From positions 1 to 64,000 of IMG/VR virus record IMGVR_UViG_3300020437_000004: a stretch of DNA of 64,000 bases. The stretch is one strand, 5' to 3'. The notes below the pieces were generated by a model that saw only the letters and a list, made by a program, of their open reading frames with translations, had not been told where the DNA came from and made no database searches. Position 1 is the stretch's first letter. Each line of letters starts with the position of its first letter. This document shows positions 35,686 to 46,343 of this stretch, one piece after another. A program made the position numbers and the translations under genes. Source of the stretch: a virus.

Positions 35686-35913
35686 TTAATCTTCATAAAT
35701 TAAGCACTCTGGCTCATCTGGGTGTTGGTCACAGAATAGCTCAATGCAGTTAGGATCATGGTGATCTCCTGCTTCGATCTCTTTCTTGTGGTGCTCAACA
35801 TAGTCCTCCAAATCATGCAACTCCAACTCGATGTGGCGACGCATTTGTGGATTTGTGGTAGGATCGCTAAGGATTTGCTTATCCTTCTCGATGTGTGCTT
35901 CGATGCTTTTCAT
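35686..35913 (-). CDS. cp12: Calvin cycle inhibitor CP12
   Basis: C-terminal LFCDQHPDEPECLIYED Cys pair; ATAAATA at 35938-35944. Confidence 0.9.
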   Translation of the reverse strand: MKSIEAHIEKDKQILSDPTTNPQMRRHIELELHDLEDYVEHHKKEIEAGDHHDPNCIELFCDQHPDEPECLIYED

Positions 35914-35936
35914 GTGTGATACCTGTGTGATTACTA

Positions 35937-37355
35937 CTATTTATCTTCACGGATCGAATCTTTAGTAAGATAAAGAGTGGTTGTTATGCCATCCTTACGA
36001 TAGACATGTTTTAGACCTGCAATCAGATACTTACCACTATATACACGATCTTGCTTGACGTCATTCTTATTCTCCGTTTTAGATGCGGGAATGCTGACTT
36101 TAACCAATTCGCCTACAGCAAGAGCGGTGTTACCTGGTACGACGATTGTTAGTTGTATAGCATTTAGTAATGCATACCTAGCAGTAGCATACGATGATAC
36201 AGATAGCGTGTCAAGATATGTCCTGGTTCCCCCTTCTGGATCTCCACCACCTGCAGGTTGGTGAATCCAAGTAGGCATGACTCTTAGTTTGAATCTAGTA
36301 GCTGCTTGTGCTTTAGAATCAAAACCCGTGTCTTGAAATGGTCTGCCCGTGTCAATCGTCGATGCTTTATCAAATATAGATTCAAACGTAGTTTCAAAAT
36401 TCTTTCTCTTCACCTCAGTGGTATTATTCTCACCACCACTTGAGGATGCTGTTGGTAGATGTGTCAATCCTAGAGAAGGGACTGATACACCAAGCACAGA
36501 TGTTTTATATAAACCTGTCCTTAATTTTTCTAGATGATTAACTTTATCTGGAAATGTAATAGTTTCAATTTTAAAGTATTCTTCTACTGCAGTTTTAGTC
36601 TCTACACCTGACTGCATGTAGGTATATGTTTTAATCTCATCGTTTTCATTACCCTCACATAGTCTGTCAATAGATTTGTAATGAAATCCATGCTTATTTT
36701 CATAGAATAAGAAACCTGATTGCATGTTAGATCTCTTACCTGTGCCACCCTCTTGTCTCAATACCTTATCGCTAAGATATGCAATAGTGTCATAGGGTCT
36801 CCAATTAGGGCAACTGAAACAAACTTTGCTAGGTTTTTCAAAGTTTTTATTTTTTGCTTTTTCACCTGCCTTGAGATATTCCTTTGCAATAAATCTAGGA
36901 AGATTGTCCTTGTCTTTGTGCTTCTCACAAGGTCCGAATGCACCAAATACTCTGTTTGCTTCATTTAAGAATGCTTCATGTGACACGAGATGCAGGATAT
37001 ACATCGCTGCTCTCTCATTCTTGATGAAACTACCCATCTTAAAGATTCGGAAGATAACCTCTAATGGATCCTTGTTTGAGCTCTCTGAGGTAATTTTAAT
37101 CTTTACAATTTCCTTACCACGAATCTTTTTGTATAGATCAATAGAGTCAACGATTGCTATGTCACACCTTAGGAAAGGACTATCAATAGACTCATAGTAT
37201 TCTATAGATGCAACAAGATCACCAATATCAAAGACATTATCACCCTTAAGTCTATTCTTAGGTGACAATGGCTCAGACCACTTCATCCTACCCTCTTCAC
37301 CAAAGGCAATGGATGCTTCATTCAGCTCTACAATTTTCGCTCTTCTTTCTGCCAT
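35937..37355 (-). CDS. baseplate hub protein (gp27-like)
   Basis: 472 aa; YESIDSPF, FYENKHGFHYKSI and V.GN..L..G motifs of contractile-tail hub proteins; position next to gp5. Confidence 0.6.
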   Translation of the reverse strand: MAERRAKIVELNEASIAFGEEGRMKWSEPLSPKNRLKGDNVFDIGDLVASIEYYESIDSPFLRCDIAIVDSIDLYKKIRGKEIVKIKITSESSNKDPLEVIFRIFKMGSFIKNERAAMYILHLVSHEAFLNEANRVFGAFGPCEKHKDKDNLPRFIAKEYLKAGEKAKNKNFEKPSKVCFSCPNWRPYDTIAYLSDKVLRQEGGTGKRSNMQSGFLFYENKHGFHYKSIDRLCEGNENDEIKTYTYMQSGVETKTAVEEYFKIETITFPDKVNHLEKLRTGLYKTSVLGVSVPSLGLTHLPTASSSGGENNTTEVKRKNFETTFESIFDKASTIDTGRPFQDTGFDSKAQAATRFKLRVMPTWIHQPAGGGDPEGGTRTYLDTLSVSSYATARYALLNAIQLTIVVPGNTALAVGELVKVSIPASKTENKNDVKQDRVYSGKYLIAGLKHVYRKDGITTTLYLTKDSIREDK

Positions 37356-40300
37356 TATTTAAGTGTAGGTGTGTAGGTCAAGTCAGCTTGTGTTTCTCTG
37401 AATCTAGAGAATCTAGATACAAAGTATGGATCTGCTTCATTCCATTGATTTGAGTTAGGTATTACGATAGGCACTTCTTCTGGTTGTGATGCTTCTCCAC
37501 CACCTGCACCCATTGCTGCAACCTTTTGATTCTGAGCTTCAACTGCCTGCATGACAGCCATGTTTGCATTCTCTTTAGTCTTTCTCTTGTTACTATTCTC
37601 TTCAGATTTAAAACCAAGTAACCGTTTACCAACGTCTTTAACGCTGTTGAATACTTGACCTGCTTTATCTAGGGTCATTTTAACTACCCTTGTTGCAGGA
37701 TCTAACTGCTGATTCTGTGGCTCGGTGTCACCTTTACCCTTAAATGCATACTCACCTCTTACATTCTTCTGTTGATCGCCACTAAAGTTACCACCTACTC
37801 TTCCTCTATCTTTAGCACCCGATCCTCTCTTTCTCCTCTGGATAGGCTCAATGTTTGGTTTGATTTTATCACCCTTAATCGTCTCTGTAGGTTTAGTTTC
37901 TGGTGGCTCAACCTTACCCCATACGTCTCCCATCTTCCATGTCACAAAGTCCTTTGTAGACATGTTCATATTATCACTACTTCCAAATTTGAATCTTCTT
38001 CTCTGCTCTTTTTTACCTAGACCTAAGAAACCTGTCTTGACTGTGTATGTAGGATAGTATACGTCAACCATACGCATACCTGCTGCGATACCATGGTCAT
38101 CAACATAACCTCCAGCTTTGTATAGTGATTCATATGAATTGATAGATTTATATTTTGCTTCACCACCATCTGCAAATCCTTTTGGTGTTGCATATCCTTT
38201 ACTTACTGCTTCTCTCATTCTTCTACCAGTAAGACCAGAATCTGTTTTTGTCTTAGGTGTGTTGAATGGGACGATGAATGCTGATCCACCACTTGCTCTA
38301 TTAGGCATTCCAACCCACTCTAGACCGTGACCAATGAATGATACAGAGTTACCACCATCCAAACTTACAGGATAACCAGACTGAGGACCGTTGATCCATC
38401 CACCTCTAGCATACTCTGGGACTTGTGGTTGTATTACACCACCACCTGCAAACCAGTTGCCAGGATTCCACCATCCACCTTCGCTGCTCTTAGGTGATAC
38501 TGCATGGATTATTTTATTCATTAATCCAATAACAGACTTCTCACCTCCACCAATCATCTTGTTGAGAGCTTTGATCTGATTACCTTCTTCTTGTATCTGT
38601 GATTTATCTTCGTCAACACCGCCTGATCCACCTGAGCTCTCTGATCCCATGACACTCATGGGGACACCAAATACTTCTGCTAGTGGTGCAATAAAGTTGC
38701 CGATCATTGACTTCAGAGGACCTGGCAAGAATTTTGCAAACATAGATCCTACCTTTGCAATAACAGATACGATAGAGATACCAACCGCTTTGATAGGTAG
38801 TGCCAACAACTGTGACAGTGCCATGACCTTACGAGTCATCATCTGTCTGTAGTCATTTGCAAATTCAAACATAGCACCCAACTTGGATTCACCCTCGGAT
38901 GCTTCTCCACCGTCGTCCATCTTGGGGACGACTACCATACCACCTGCTGCCTTTTCAATCGTAACGCCATAGTTTTTAAGTTTCTCAGCATAGCTCATAT
39001 TGTAATAAGCCATGTATTCATCTGTAGAAACCTCTTTGTCATTAATATATGCCTGACCAGTATCCATGTCGAATCGACCAGATACCCTCTTCGTAGGTTT
39101 GAATTCCTTCTTCGGTGTAGGTTTAGGTTTTTCTACTTTTGGTTTCTCGTCTTTCTTACCGCCTCCTGCAAAGAAACTTAAGATAAAAGTCAATGCCTTC
39201 ATCAAACCAATCAAAGGTGCAAATGCTACCGTGCCAAAGAATGCACCAACCTTCTTGATCATTGGCATAGCAGGCTCAATAAAGTCTAAGACCTTATTAA
39301 ATGCACCACCAAGTGCCTTAAAGAAATCTCCTGCTGCCTGTTGTATAGGTGCAAAGACAGATGCAAATACTTCTCCGATTGCTCCGAAGAATTTCATGAA
39401 TGGATCAATGATGGGTTGCATTGCCTTACCAATACCACCACCTACAGCACCACCAACAAATGCACCTGCTGCACCTGCCAACGCACCTGCACCAGGTATT
39501 CCAGTCGCTGCACCCAGAGAAGCACCGATTGCTTGACCTGCACCTGCACCAACACCTGTGCCTATTGCTTCTCCTTGCTCTGCACCAGATAACCGTGCTG
39601 CTGCATATGCTGCACCACCAAATACTGCTGCACCACCAACTCTACTACGCAGAACGCTACTTGCTACTTTCCTGAGCTTTCCTCCTAGTCCACCTGCCTT
39701 CATCAGGTTTTTGACCATGCCAAAAAGCATGCCCACAACTGCTTTTATGCCTTTGAGTGCTGCTAATGGATTCCTAAGTATCGTGAATGCTGCAAATATA
39801 GGTGCTAAGCCCAGTGCAAACTGCATCACACCAAAGAATCCTCGTAGTGACAAAGGATTCTCTAAAAACTTTATTAAACCTTTTCCTGCTGTGCCTAGTA
39901 AGAAGGTGGTGACTCCAAATGCCCACTTACCTATAGCATATAAACCTTTTGCTAATGCTTTGACTTTATCTGGATTTTTCATGATCCAGTCAAAGATTGC
40001 AAACTTAACTATCCCTGCAAATAACCATGTTGCAATACTACCAAGCATCGCAAAGAAACCACCGAATGTTTTCGCTGCTACACCAACAAAACCTGCAATA
40101 ATCTTTCCAGATGTAGTCTTTACCTCTGCTGCGTCGTCTCTCTTCTCTCTTTGTGCTTCTTTCTTATCCTCTATCTTCTGACGTGCTGCATCACGTTTTT
40201 CATTAGAATCTTTTAACTTCCTATATCTCTCATCAATACCTTTCTGTGAGATTTGGAATTGCACCATCTCTTTCATGGCAATAGTCTGTTTCTCTAGTGC

Positions 40301-40471
40301 CAGTGCAATAGAGTTTAATGTGCCACCAAGACTATTTGCTGCATTAAGATTCTTCTTTAAACCTGTAGTAATCTCTTGTGTTTCCTTACTGGCACTCTTA
40401 TCCACCCCCTTAAAAGATACCATCTTATAAAGGGCAGGTTTTTTAATAACTGTCTTGGGTTTTTCTGCCAT
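37355..40471 (-). CDS. tape-measure-like/baseplate hub protein
   Basis: 1038 aa; charged coiled coil followed by long Gly/Ala amphipathic helices. Confidence 0.6.
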   Translation of the reverse strand: MAEKPKTVIKKPALYKMVSFKGVDKSASKETQEITTGLKKNLNAANSLGGTLNSIALALEKQTIAMKEMVQFQISQKGIDERYRKLKDSNEKRDAARQKIEDKKEAQREKRDDAAEVKTTSGKIIAGFVGVAAKTFGGFFAMLGSIATWLFAGIVKFAIFDWIMKNPDKVKALAKGLYAIGKWAFGVTTFLLGTAGKGLIKFLENPLSLRGFFGVMQFALGLAPIFAAFTILRNPLAALKGIKAVVGMLFGMVKNLMKAGGLGGKLRKVASSVLRSRVGGAAVFGGAAYAAARLSGAEQGEAIGTGVGAGAGQAIGASLGAATGIPGAGALAGAAGAFVGGAVGGGIGKAMQPIIDPFMKFFGAIGEVFASVFAPIQQAAGDFFKALGGAFNKVLDFIEPAMPMIKKVGAFFGTVAFAPLIGLMKALTFILSFFAGGGKKDEKPKVEKPKPTPKKEFKPTKRVSGRFDMDTGQAYINDKEVSTDEYMAYYNMSYAEKLKNYGVTIEKAAGGMVVVPKMDDGGEASEGESKLGAMFEFANDYRQMMTRKVMALSQLLALPIKAVGISIVSVIAKVGSMFAKFLPGPLKSMIGNFIAPLAEVFGVPMSVMGSESSGGSGGVDEDKSQIQEEGNQIKALNKMIGGGEKSVIGLMNKIIHAVSPKSSEGGWWNPGNWFAGGGVIQPQVPEYARGGWINGPQSGYPVSLDGGNSVSFIGHGLEWVGMPNRASGGSAFIVPFNTPKTKTDSGLTGRRMREAVSKGYATPKGFADGGEAKYKSINSYESLYKAGGYVDDHGIAAGMRMVDVYYPTYTVKTGFLGLGKKEQRRRFKFGSSDNMNMSTKDFVTWKMGDVWGKVEPPETKPTETIKGDKIKPNIEPIQRRKRGSGAKDRGRVGGNFSGDQQKNVRGEYAFKGKGDTEPQNQQLDPATRVVKMTLDKAGQVFNSVKDVGKRLLGFKSEENSNKRKTKENANMAVMQAVEAQNQKVAAMGAGGGEASQPEEVPIVIPNSNQWNEADPYFVSRFSRFRETQADLTYTPTLK

Positions 40472-43400
40472 TATCGTCTAAGAATACCAGGTGTCAATGG
40501 TTGAGTGACTTTCTTGTAGGTCTGACCACCGCCACCTCCACTATTTATTGCGATAGGCATGGATATAGGTAGACATACAGGAGTGTCAGTCTGCTCAAGT
40601 GCTTCCTCTGCCTTTGCTCCATCTATCATCATTTGACGGTCTGCTTCATTCCTATTTTCTAGTTGTTGATATTTGTCTATTGATGATTGGATTGGGACGT
40701 CTTCTTTCTTAGGTTTTCTCTTGAATCTACTGAATATATTTACAACCTTAGTAATAAGATCCTTAACACTTGATCCTGCTGTAGGCACACTTTCTCCTGT
40801 AGGGACAGCATCAGCAGCAGGTATCGCTGCAGGATTAGCTCCTTGCATCTTAGGCTGAGGTGTCTGACCTCTAAATTCTTGTGTCTGTGGCATATCACCA
40901 TCTGTATCACCCTCTACCTCTGCACCAAGTTGTGCTGCAGCAAACGATCTATGATCACTTGGCGATGCATCTAAGTGAATATGGACTGATCCACTAGGTT
41001 TATTTCCTTGCAATCCAATGACAGACTTAGGTCCTACCATTGATCCTACACTGGTTTTAATACTGTCAAAGTGGTGAAATTGCATCCTGTCCTTACCATG
41101 ATTAGCAATCACCACAGTGTTATGACTGTCACCACCTGCGTATACAACTTTACCAGTAACACCTGCAACAACTGGTGTGCCTCTATCTAATCCTGGTCTA
41201 TTCCAATCTCTTACTGCAACATAGTCTCTAGGCACGATAGGATGACCACCTAGTCTATTGTTGTTATATGAATGACTATCAGATTTATTATGGTGTAGAG
41301 CATAATCACTGAATGGAGTTTGAGGTGTCAGTTTAACATCAGCAACTGCTCCATTGGTTGATAACAAACCACCTTGTGAATATCCCTGTATCTCTTTCTT
41401 CCTTTGGATCTTCTGATCCATTCTCCTATACATCCCAATAGAAGGAGATTCACCCATACCAGTCCTAGAAGATCTCTTCTTCTTGGTGACCATCTTCTTG
41501 ACAAAGCTGCCAATTCCAATGGCAGCACCCATGAGAAGACCACCCACTGCCATTTCTTCTGTATCTTCATCAGTATCCATTGTATCTACAGCTCTCTGTA
41601 GAATACCAATAAGACTATTCTTACCTACACCTATCATCTTGATAGTTGTAGACAAATCACTCTGTGGTTTCTTTCTCTCCTCTGCCATCAAGTCAACCTG
41701 TGGCACAGGAATTGCTTTCACACCACCACTACCACCTGAGCTTGCAGATGCACCACCTCCAAAAATCTGAGATACTACTGACAGTTGAGGACCTAATATC
41801 TTCTTGACGTTAGGTGCAAATATACCAAAAAGTGCAATACCACCAGTAATAGCAGCAACTAGACCCTTACCTAAAACATCTACTGCTAGTGCTAATCCCA
41901 TCAAAGGTGATGGTGTGAGTCTATTCTTAGATGATATCTTAGGTTTAGTATCCTGCTGAGTAGGAGCTGGAGTGAAAGTTGCTCTATCTCTATTCTTATC
42001 AAATTTAGGAGTCTGACTTCTACCTCTAAATTCTCCACCCTGATCAAACTGCTCAAGATCTGGTTTCTTCTCTGATCCTTTTGCATTTGCTACCTGATCT
42101 AATTCTATATCTCTGCCAGGATCCTTACGTCTTATAACATCCCATGCAAATCCTATAGGATTTAAAGTAAATGCGACAATATTCTTAATTAAATTGAAGG
42201 TAAACGACAATACCTTAAAGACTGTCTTAATAGCACCACCTAATACAAAACCTACAAACTTTGTAATAGGTATAATTGCCTTCATTATAGTGCCGACAAT
42301 ATTACCCAATGCTTTAAAGAATGTGCCGAGTAACTCTTTCATTGGCTCAAGCACTGGCATGAGAGGAGCTAGGAATATGTCCTTCATCATTCCAAATGCT
42401 CGTGCAATAGGCTCAAAGATAGGTTGAATAATAGGTCCTATCTTACTACCAATGAATCCACCTAAGAAGTCACCAATAGCAGCACCAATCATAGGTCCGA
42501 AAGGTCCTAAGAATGGTAACAATGCACCACCTGCTGCTGCTCCCGCTACACCACCGATTGCTTTACCTACACCTTCACCTGCTGCTGTGCCTTTTGCCTC
42601 TCCTTCTCTATCTCCACCCATGATGCGACCGATACCACCAACTACGGATGTAGCACCTGCCAACATTGTGGCACCACCGCCAGGTATCCTTCCTTTCAAT
42701 CCTTTGAATGCATTACCCATACGTCTGGTAGCACCCATCTTCATGCCACCGATCTTAGACGTCGGTCTAACTCTATTCTCAAATGCTTTTAATCCGCCAG
42801 GCTGCTTACGAGCTGCCTTACGCATCGTATTATACTCTTCTTTAGTATAAAACTTATTAGTCTTTTTGTCGTAATATCCGTTTTTTACTCTTTCAGTTGC
42901 TTCTTTAGCACCCTGCTCAGTCTTTCTAGCACCTTCAAAGATATTGGTTAGTTTACCTACATCACTAAACAACTTCCATGGCATGAGTAAGTATTGTGCA
43001 CCTCTAAGTGCTGCAAGACCTACCAATAACTGCATTCCTCCCTTAAAGAATCGGAATACCCTATTGATCTTATTCTCTCCTAAATTATCTGTCCGACCAA
43101 ACATATTGGTCAGTCCATTTAAGACATTATTAACACCAAAACTCGTTATCTTATATACAAACTTAACTAGAGATGCTACTACTTTAAATACTTGTTTAAT
43201 TGCTTCTCCATTCTTCGACATCCAGTCGAGACCACCAAACAAGAGAAATGCACTAAAAATTGAGCTGAAGAATCCACCGATCCTATCCAACATCTTCTGG
43301 AAAGGAGTCAATTCCTTCTTTCTATTCTCTTTCTCCTTCGCTATCTCCTTGCCTTTCTCTAGATTCTTAGACATGTCCGCAGACTTGTCTCTCTTTCCTC

Positions 43401-43677
43401 GTAACTTCTCTCTTTTCTTCTGGACTTTTAGGCGTGAAGCGATAAGTTTCTTCTCTTTATCCTTACCTACATCATATTTTCTATCTGTCTTGACTTTGCT
43501 TACAATGTAATCCTTTTGGAATTCAGTAATGATTGCCATCTGCTCGATGGACTTACCGATGCCCTCAGTGGTCTGTCCGAGTCTGTTCACACTCTTCCGA
43601 AGTCCATTCATGTTGGTGCCGACCGTAGTCGTGGACTTGAAAGGTTTAACAGTAACGAATGACCGTATTGCTGACAT
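40471..43677 (-). CDS. tape-measure-like protein with M23 peptidase domain
   Basis: 1068 aa; GTPVVAGVTGKVVYAG...HFDSI...VHIHLD (M23 HxH). Confidence 0.7.
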   Translation of the reverse strand: MSAIRSFVTVKPFKSTTTVGTNMNGLRKSVNRLGQTTEGIGKSIEQMAIITEFQKDYIVSKVKTDRKYDVGKDKEKKLIASRLKVQKKREKLRGKRDKSADMSKNLEKGKEIAKEKENRKKELTPFQKMLDRIGGFFSSIFSAFLLFGGLDWMSKNGEAIKQVFKVVASLVKFVYKITSFGVNNVLNGLTNMFGRTDNLGENKINRVFRFFKGGMQLLVGLAALRGAQYLLMPWKLFSDVGKLTNIFEGARKTEQGAKEATERVKNGYYDKKTNKFYTKEEYNTMRKAARKQPGGLKAFENRVRPTSKIGGMKMGATRRMGNAFKGLKGRIPGGGATMLAGATSVVGGIGRIMGGDREGEAKGTAAGEGVGKAIGGVAGAAAGGALLPFLGPFGPMIGAAIGDFLGGFIGSKIGPIIQPIFEPIARAFGMMKDIFLAPLMPVLEPMKELLGTFFKALGNIVGTIMKAIIPITKFVGFVLGGAIKTVFKVLSFTFNLIKNIVAFTLNPIGFAWDVIRRKDPGRDIELDQVANAKGSEKKPDLEQFDQGGEFRGRSQTPKFDKNRDRATFTPAPTQQDTKPKISSKNRLTPSPLMGLALAVDVLGKGLVAAITGGIALFGIFAPNVKKILGPQLSVVSQIFGGGASASSGGSGGVKAIPVPQVDLMAEERKKPQSDLSTTIKMIGVGKNSLIGILQRAVDTMDTDEDTEEMAVGGLLMGAAIGIGSFVKKMVTKKKRSSRTGMGESPSIGMYRRMDQKIQRKKEIQGYSQGGLLSTNGAVADVKLTPQTPFSDYALHHNKSDSHSYNNNRLGGHPIVPRDYVAVRDWNRPGLDRGTPVVAGVTGKVVYAGGDSHNTVVIANHGKDRMQFHHFDSIKTSVGSMVGPKSVIGLQGNKPSGSVHIHLDASPSDHRSFAAAQLGAEVEGDTDGDMPQTQEFRGQTPQPKMQGANPAAIPAADAVPTGESVPTAGSSVKDLITKVVNIFSRFKRKPKKEDVPIQSSIDKYQQLENRNEADRQMMIDGAKAEEALEQTDTPVCLPISMPIAINSGGGGGQTYKKVTQPLTPGILRR

Positions 43678-43868
43678 TAGAGATTAACTCGATTCCTGTT
43701 ATTTTCTGCTGCACGGCGTCTTTCTTCTTCTTGAAGATAGGCTAGTAACAAATTAACATAGACATCTCTCTCCCATGGGATCATATTCTCTAACTCAGTC
43801 AAAGAATACTTGTGATGCTGCATCAAAGCAAAATTAGTCTTGTATAGGTTTTCAAGACTATCATGCAA
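43677..43868 (-). CDS. gp51: baseplate hub assembly catalyst
   Basis: NFALMQHHKYSLTELENMIPWERDVY. Confidence 0.85.
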   Translation of the reverse strand: MHDSLENLYKTNFALMQHHKYSLTELENMIPWERDVYVNLLLAYLQEEERRRAAENNRNRVNL

Positions 43869-43873
43869 CAGAC

Positions 43874-44584
43874 TTATGCGAAAAAAGCTGCTAAGCCCTC
43901 AAATACAATGTCATTATCTTTTTTGGTCTTAGGATTCCTCACACTCATGGTATAACTGAGTTTTGGAATAGTTTCAAAGAATTCTTGGATCTTCGCAAAT
44001 TGGTCTGAATTCAGACTCTCTAGGAAGTCAACTGCTTCTTTTTTAGTGAAACTATCATAAACTTCATCACCATCGAATGCTTGACCAATACAACTTGCTG
44101 CAAGTTGGAAAACGTCATCAATGGTTTGCTCACCATCTGTCATATTCTGTTGGACGAAAATGTCGAGTGAAGGATACTTCATTACGACTCCAACATCATC
44201 AGTAAACATGATTTTAGGATTATGATTATCAGGTACTTGTAACTCAACCTTGTCTAAAGGCACTGATACATCCACCTGTGTTTCACCATCATCAGGCATT
44301 GTTACCTTGAATTCACTAACCTCTCCGACCGCTTTTGATCTGATTTTGAGGAAAACATACTCAATTTCAAAAGTCGCGAGTTTTTCAACTTCCTTGTCCA
44401 AGAGAGACGTGCAGTTCTTAATGATAGTTTTAACTGCCTTAACCATCTCCTTTTCATCCTTCGATTCCATGGCGAGATAGAGGAGTTTCTCTTCTTTAAC
44501 AAGGAAAGGACGGTAAGTAAGTTTCTTACCCGTGATCGGGATTTTAAGGTCATGCTCAGGTAGTGCAATTTTGGGTAATGGCAT
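43874..44584 (-). CDS. gp26: baseplate hub subunit
   Basis: YRPFLVKEEKLL, FLKIRSKAVGE, MKYPS; late promoter CTAAATA at 44609-44615. Confidence 0.9.
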   Translation of the reverse strand: MPLPKIALPEHDLKIPITGKKLTYRPFLVKEEKLLYLAMESKDEKEMVKAVKTIIKNCTSLLDKEVEKLATFEIEYVFLKIRSKAVGEVSEFKVTMPDDGETQVDVSVPLDKVELQVPDNHNPKIMFTDDVGVVMKYPSLDIFVQQNMTDGEQTIDDVFQLAASCIGQAFDGDEVYDSFTKKEAVDFLESLNSDQFAKIQEFFETIPKLSYTMSVRNPKTKKDNDIVFEGLAAFFA

Positions 44585-44611
44585 AATATACTCAAATACT
44601 ATATGTTTTAT

Positions 44612-45445
44612 TTAGACCCCAATACCGACGAAGTTTTCGAGACTGGAATCTATGCTAAGTGAATCAAGCACAGAAGAGTTGTCCATTGGAATTTGGACAT
44701 CCTTAAGTGCACCTTTAAACATCTTAGCATTGTTTGGTGTGTCCATACGGTATCTCTCGTAATAGAAAGAGATATCCAATTTAATTAGATCCGTAGGTCC
44801 ATTATTTAGTGTGATTGCAGACATGTCAAATGGAAATGCTCCATACATTGTCCAACAGGCAGATACACCGTTGAAACGCTGCATATAGGTTGCTTTTTGA
44901 CCATTATCTTTAGTCCTAGTCTGCTTTCCAACGTAGTTGGATGCTAATTCCCATTTAATTAGACGAAGTTTACTTGTATATTGATCATACATACCCACTC
45001 TATTCTCTGAGTCGGATGCTGTGTAATTCATCCATCTCTCAAAATACTCTCTATGATACATGTCTTTAGGTAGCAAGAATGATACTTGCATTTCACTAAA
45101 ACTAGTATCAGTGGCAAATCTTCTCATTGCACCAACGTCTCTTACTGTGCCAACAGTAATACGTCTGCCAGGTATACTCACAGTGTCAGCATAGTAATTC
45201 ATCATATCAGCATGCTCACGGTATTTCCTCATCTGCGTCTGGTCTTCGATACCGACGAATCCAAGTACGTTATCAAGGAATTGGTTACCAGTCAAAGACT
45301 GCTCAGCAAAGTCACCGCCAACACTTGTCATAACAGGTGGCGGGTCAATTACCACTTGGAAGAGATTAGATCTTGCAGGCTCTTTATTACCTGTCCCGAT
45401 TAACTCTCTAAAAGTGTTTATTGAATTGGGTTGTTTGTAGCTCAT
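44612..45445 (-). CDS. gp54: baseplate tail-tube initiator-like protein
   Basis: PARSNLFQV, YFERWM, GAFP..MSAI.L tail-tube fold; synteny. Confidence 0.6.
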   Translation of the reverse strand: MSYKQPNSINTFRELIGTGNKEPARSNLFQVVIDPPPVMTSVGGDFAEQSLTGNQFLDNVLGFVGIEDQTQMRKYREHADMMNYYADTVSIPGRRITVGTVRDVGAMRRFATDTSFSEMQVSFLLPKDMYHREYFERWMNYTASDSENRVGMYDQYTSKLRLIKWELASNYVGKQTRTKDNGQKATYMQRFNGVSACWTMYGAFPFDMSAITLNNGPTDLIKLDISFYYERYRMDTPNNAKMFKGALKDVQIPMDNSSVLDSLSIDSSLENFVGIGV

Positions 45446-45912
45446 ACTCTGCTCCAGATTACGCTACTAGGCACTGGCACTTTGACTCCCATTCTTGTAA
45501 ATAGAAACTGCTCTAATGGCAGTGGGACATAATCTGTAAATGCCGAAGGTGGCACTATGTATATATTTGATGCACTAGACATAAAGTATTTATGATAGCA
45601 ACGCGAAGGATATGTATTTGCACCTCCTGCCCATGATTTTCCTACTATTTGCCTTGCAGATGGGCGTAAATAGTGGATATTACCACCACTAAACTGTCCT
45701 AAAAAGTTGTCTACATCAGTCACAAGAGTTAGTGGGTGCATGTCATACCAGTCTAATCGTTGTGATTGTGCTACATAGTCATAGAATAGAATATCACCTT
45801 CTCTGATAGGACGCCCTAAAGACTCTAGACCATATCTAACCTGTGAGCGATACCAATCCTTAGATTGACTACGCCCTCCTGCTAGCTCTTTTACGTCTTT
45901 GAATAAACTCAT
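45442..45912 (-). CDS. gp2: DNA end protector protein
   Basis: WYRSQV, YDMHPL, GGNIHYLRP..R, CYHKY. Confidence 0.8.
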   Translation of the reverse strand: MSLFKDVKELAGGRSQSKDWYRSQVRYGLESLGRPIREGDILFYDYVAQSQRLDWYDMHPLTLVTDVDNFLGQFSGGNIHYLRPSARQIVGKSWAGGANTYPSRCYHKYFMSSASNIYIVPPSAFTDYVPLPLEQFLFTRMGVKVPVPSSVIWSRV

Positions 45913-46343
45913 ACCTTAAGGTGTTTTTCGGTGAGTATCATAAATTCCATGTTTCTGTCAAGACAGTATTCAGTCGCTGCTTTCCATTTTGCCTGATTAA
46001 TACCGTAGGTCTTGACCTCATTAATAAACTTTTTTGTTTGTCTCTTAGGTCGTTTTGGCACCATACATTGCTTCTCTGGTTTAACCTCAACGATGTATTT
46101 CTTGATTTTATTGTCTTTTGTGCGTGCCTTTACATAGAAATCAGGGAAATATCGGTGCACACGGCGATCCACAGGTGACACATAGGGGATAATAATCTCT
46201 TCACTACCCCATTGGAGCACATTTTCATTCTTATCACACCAGACCATAAACTTTCTTTCCCACAAACTCCTATAAATAATATTTGTAGGATCACCTTTAT
46301 ATTTTTTCGGTTGTGATGGTCTGTATCTTCCCGAATATGCCAT
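45909..46343 (-). CDS. gp4: head completion nuclease
   Basis: KYKGDPTNIIYRSLWERKFM, HRYFPDF, EVKP, NQAKW. Confidence 0.95.
   Translation of the reverse strand: MAYSGRYRPSQPKKYKGDPTNIIYRSLWERKFMVWCDKNENVLQWGSEEIIIPYVSPVDRRVHRYFPDFYVKARTKDNKIKKYIVEVKPEKQCMVPKRPKRQTKKFINEVKTYGINQAKWKAATEYCLDRNMEFMILTEKHLKV
46271..46278 (+). promoter_or_regulatory. T4 late promoter for gp48 (inside gp4, antisense)
   Basis: Exact TATAAATA ending 63 nt upstream of the gp48 ATG. Confidence 0.7.
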
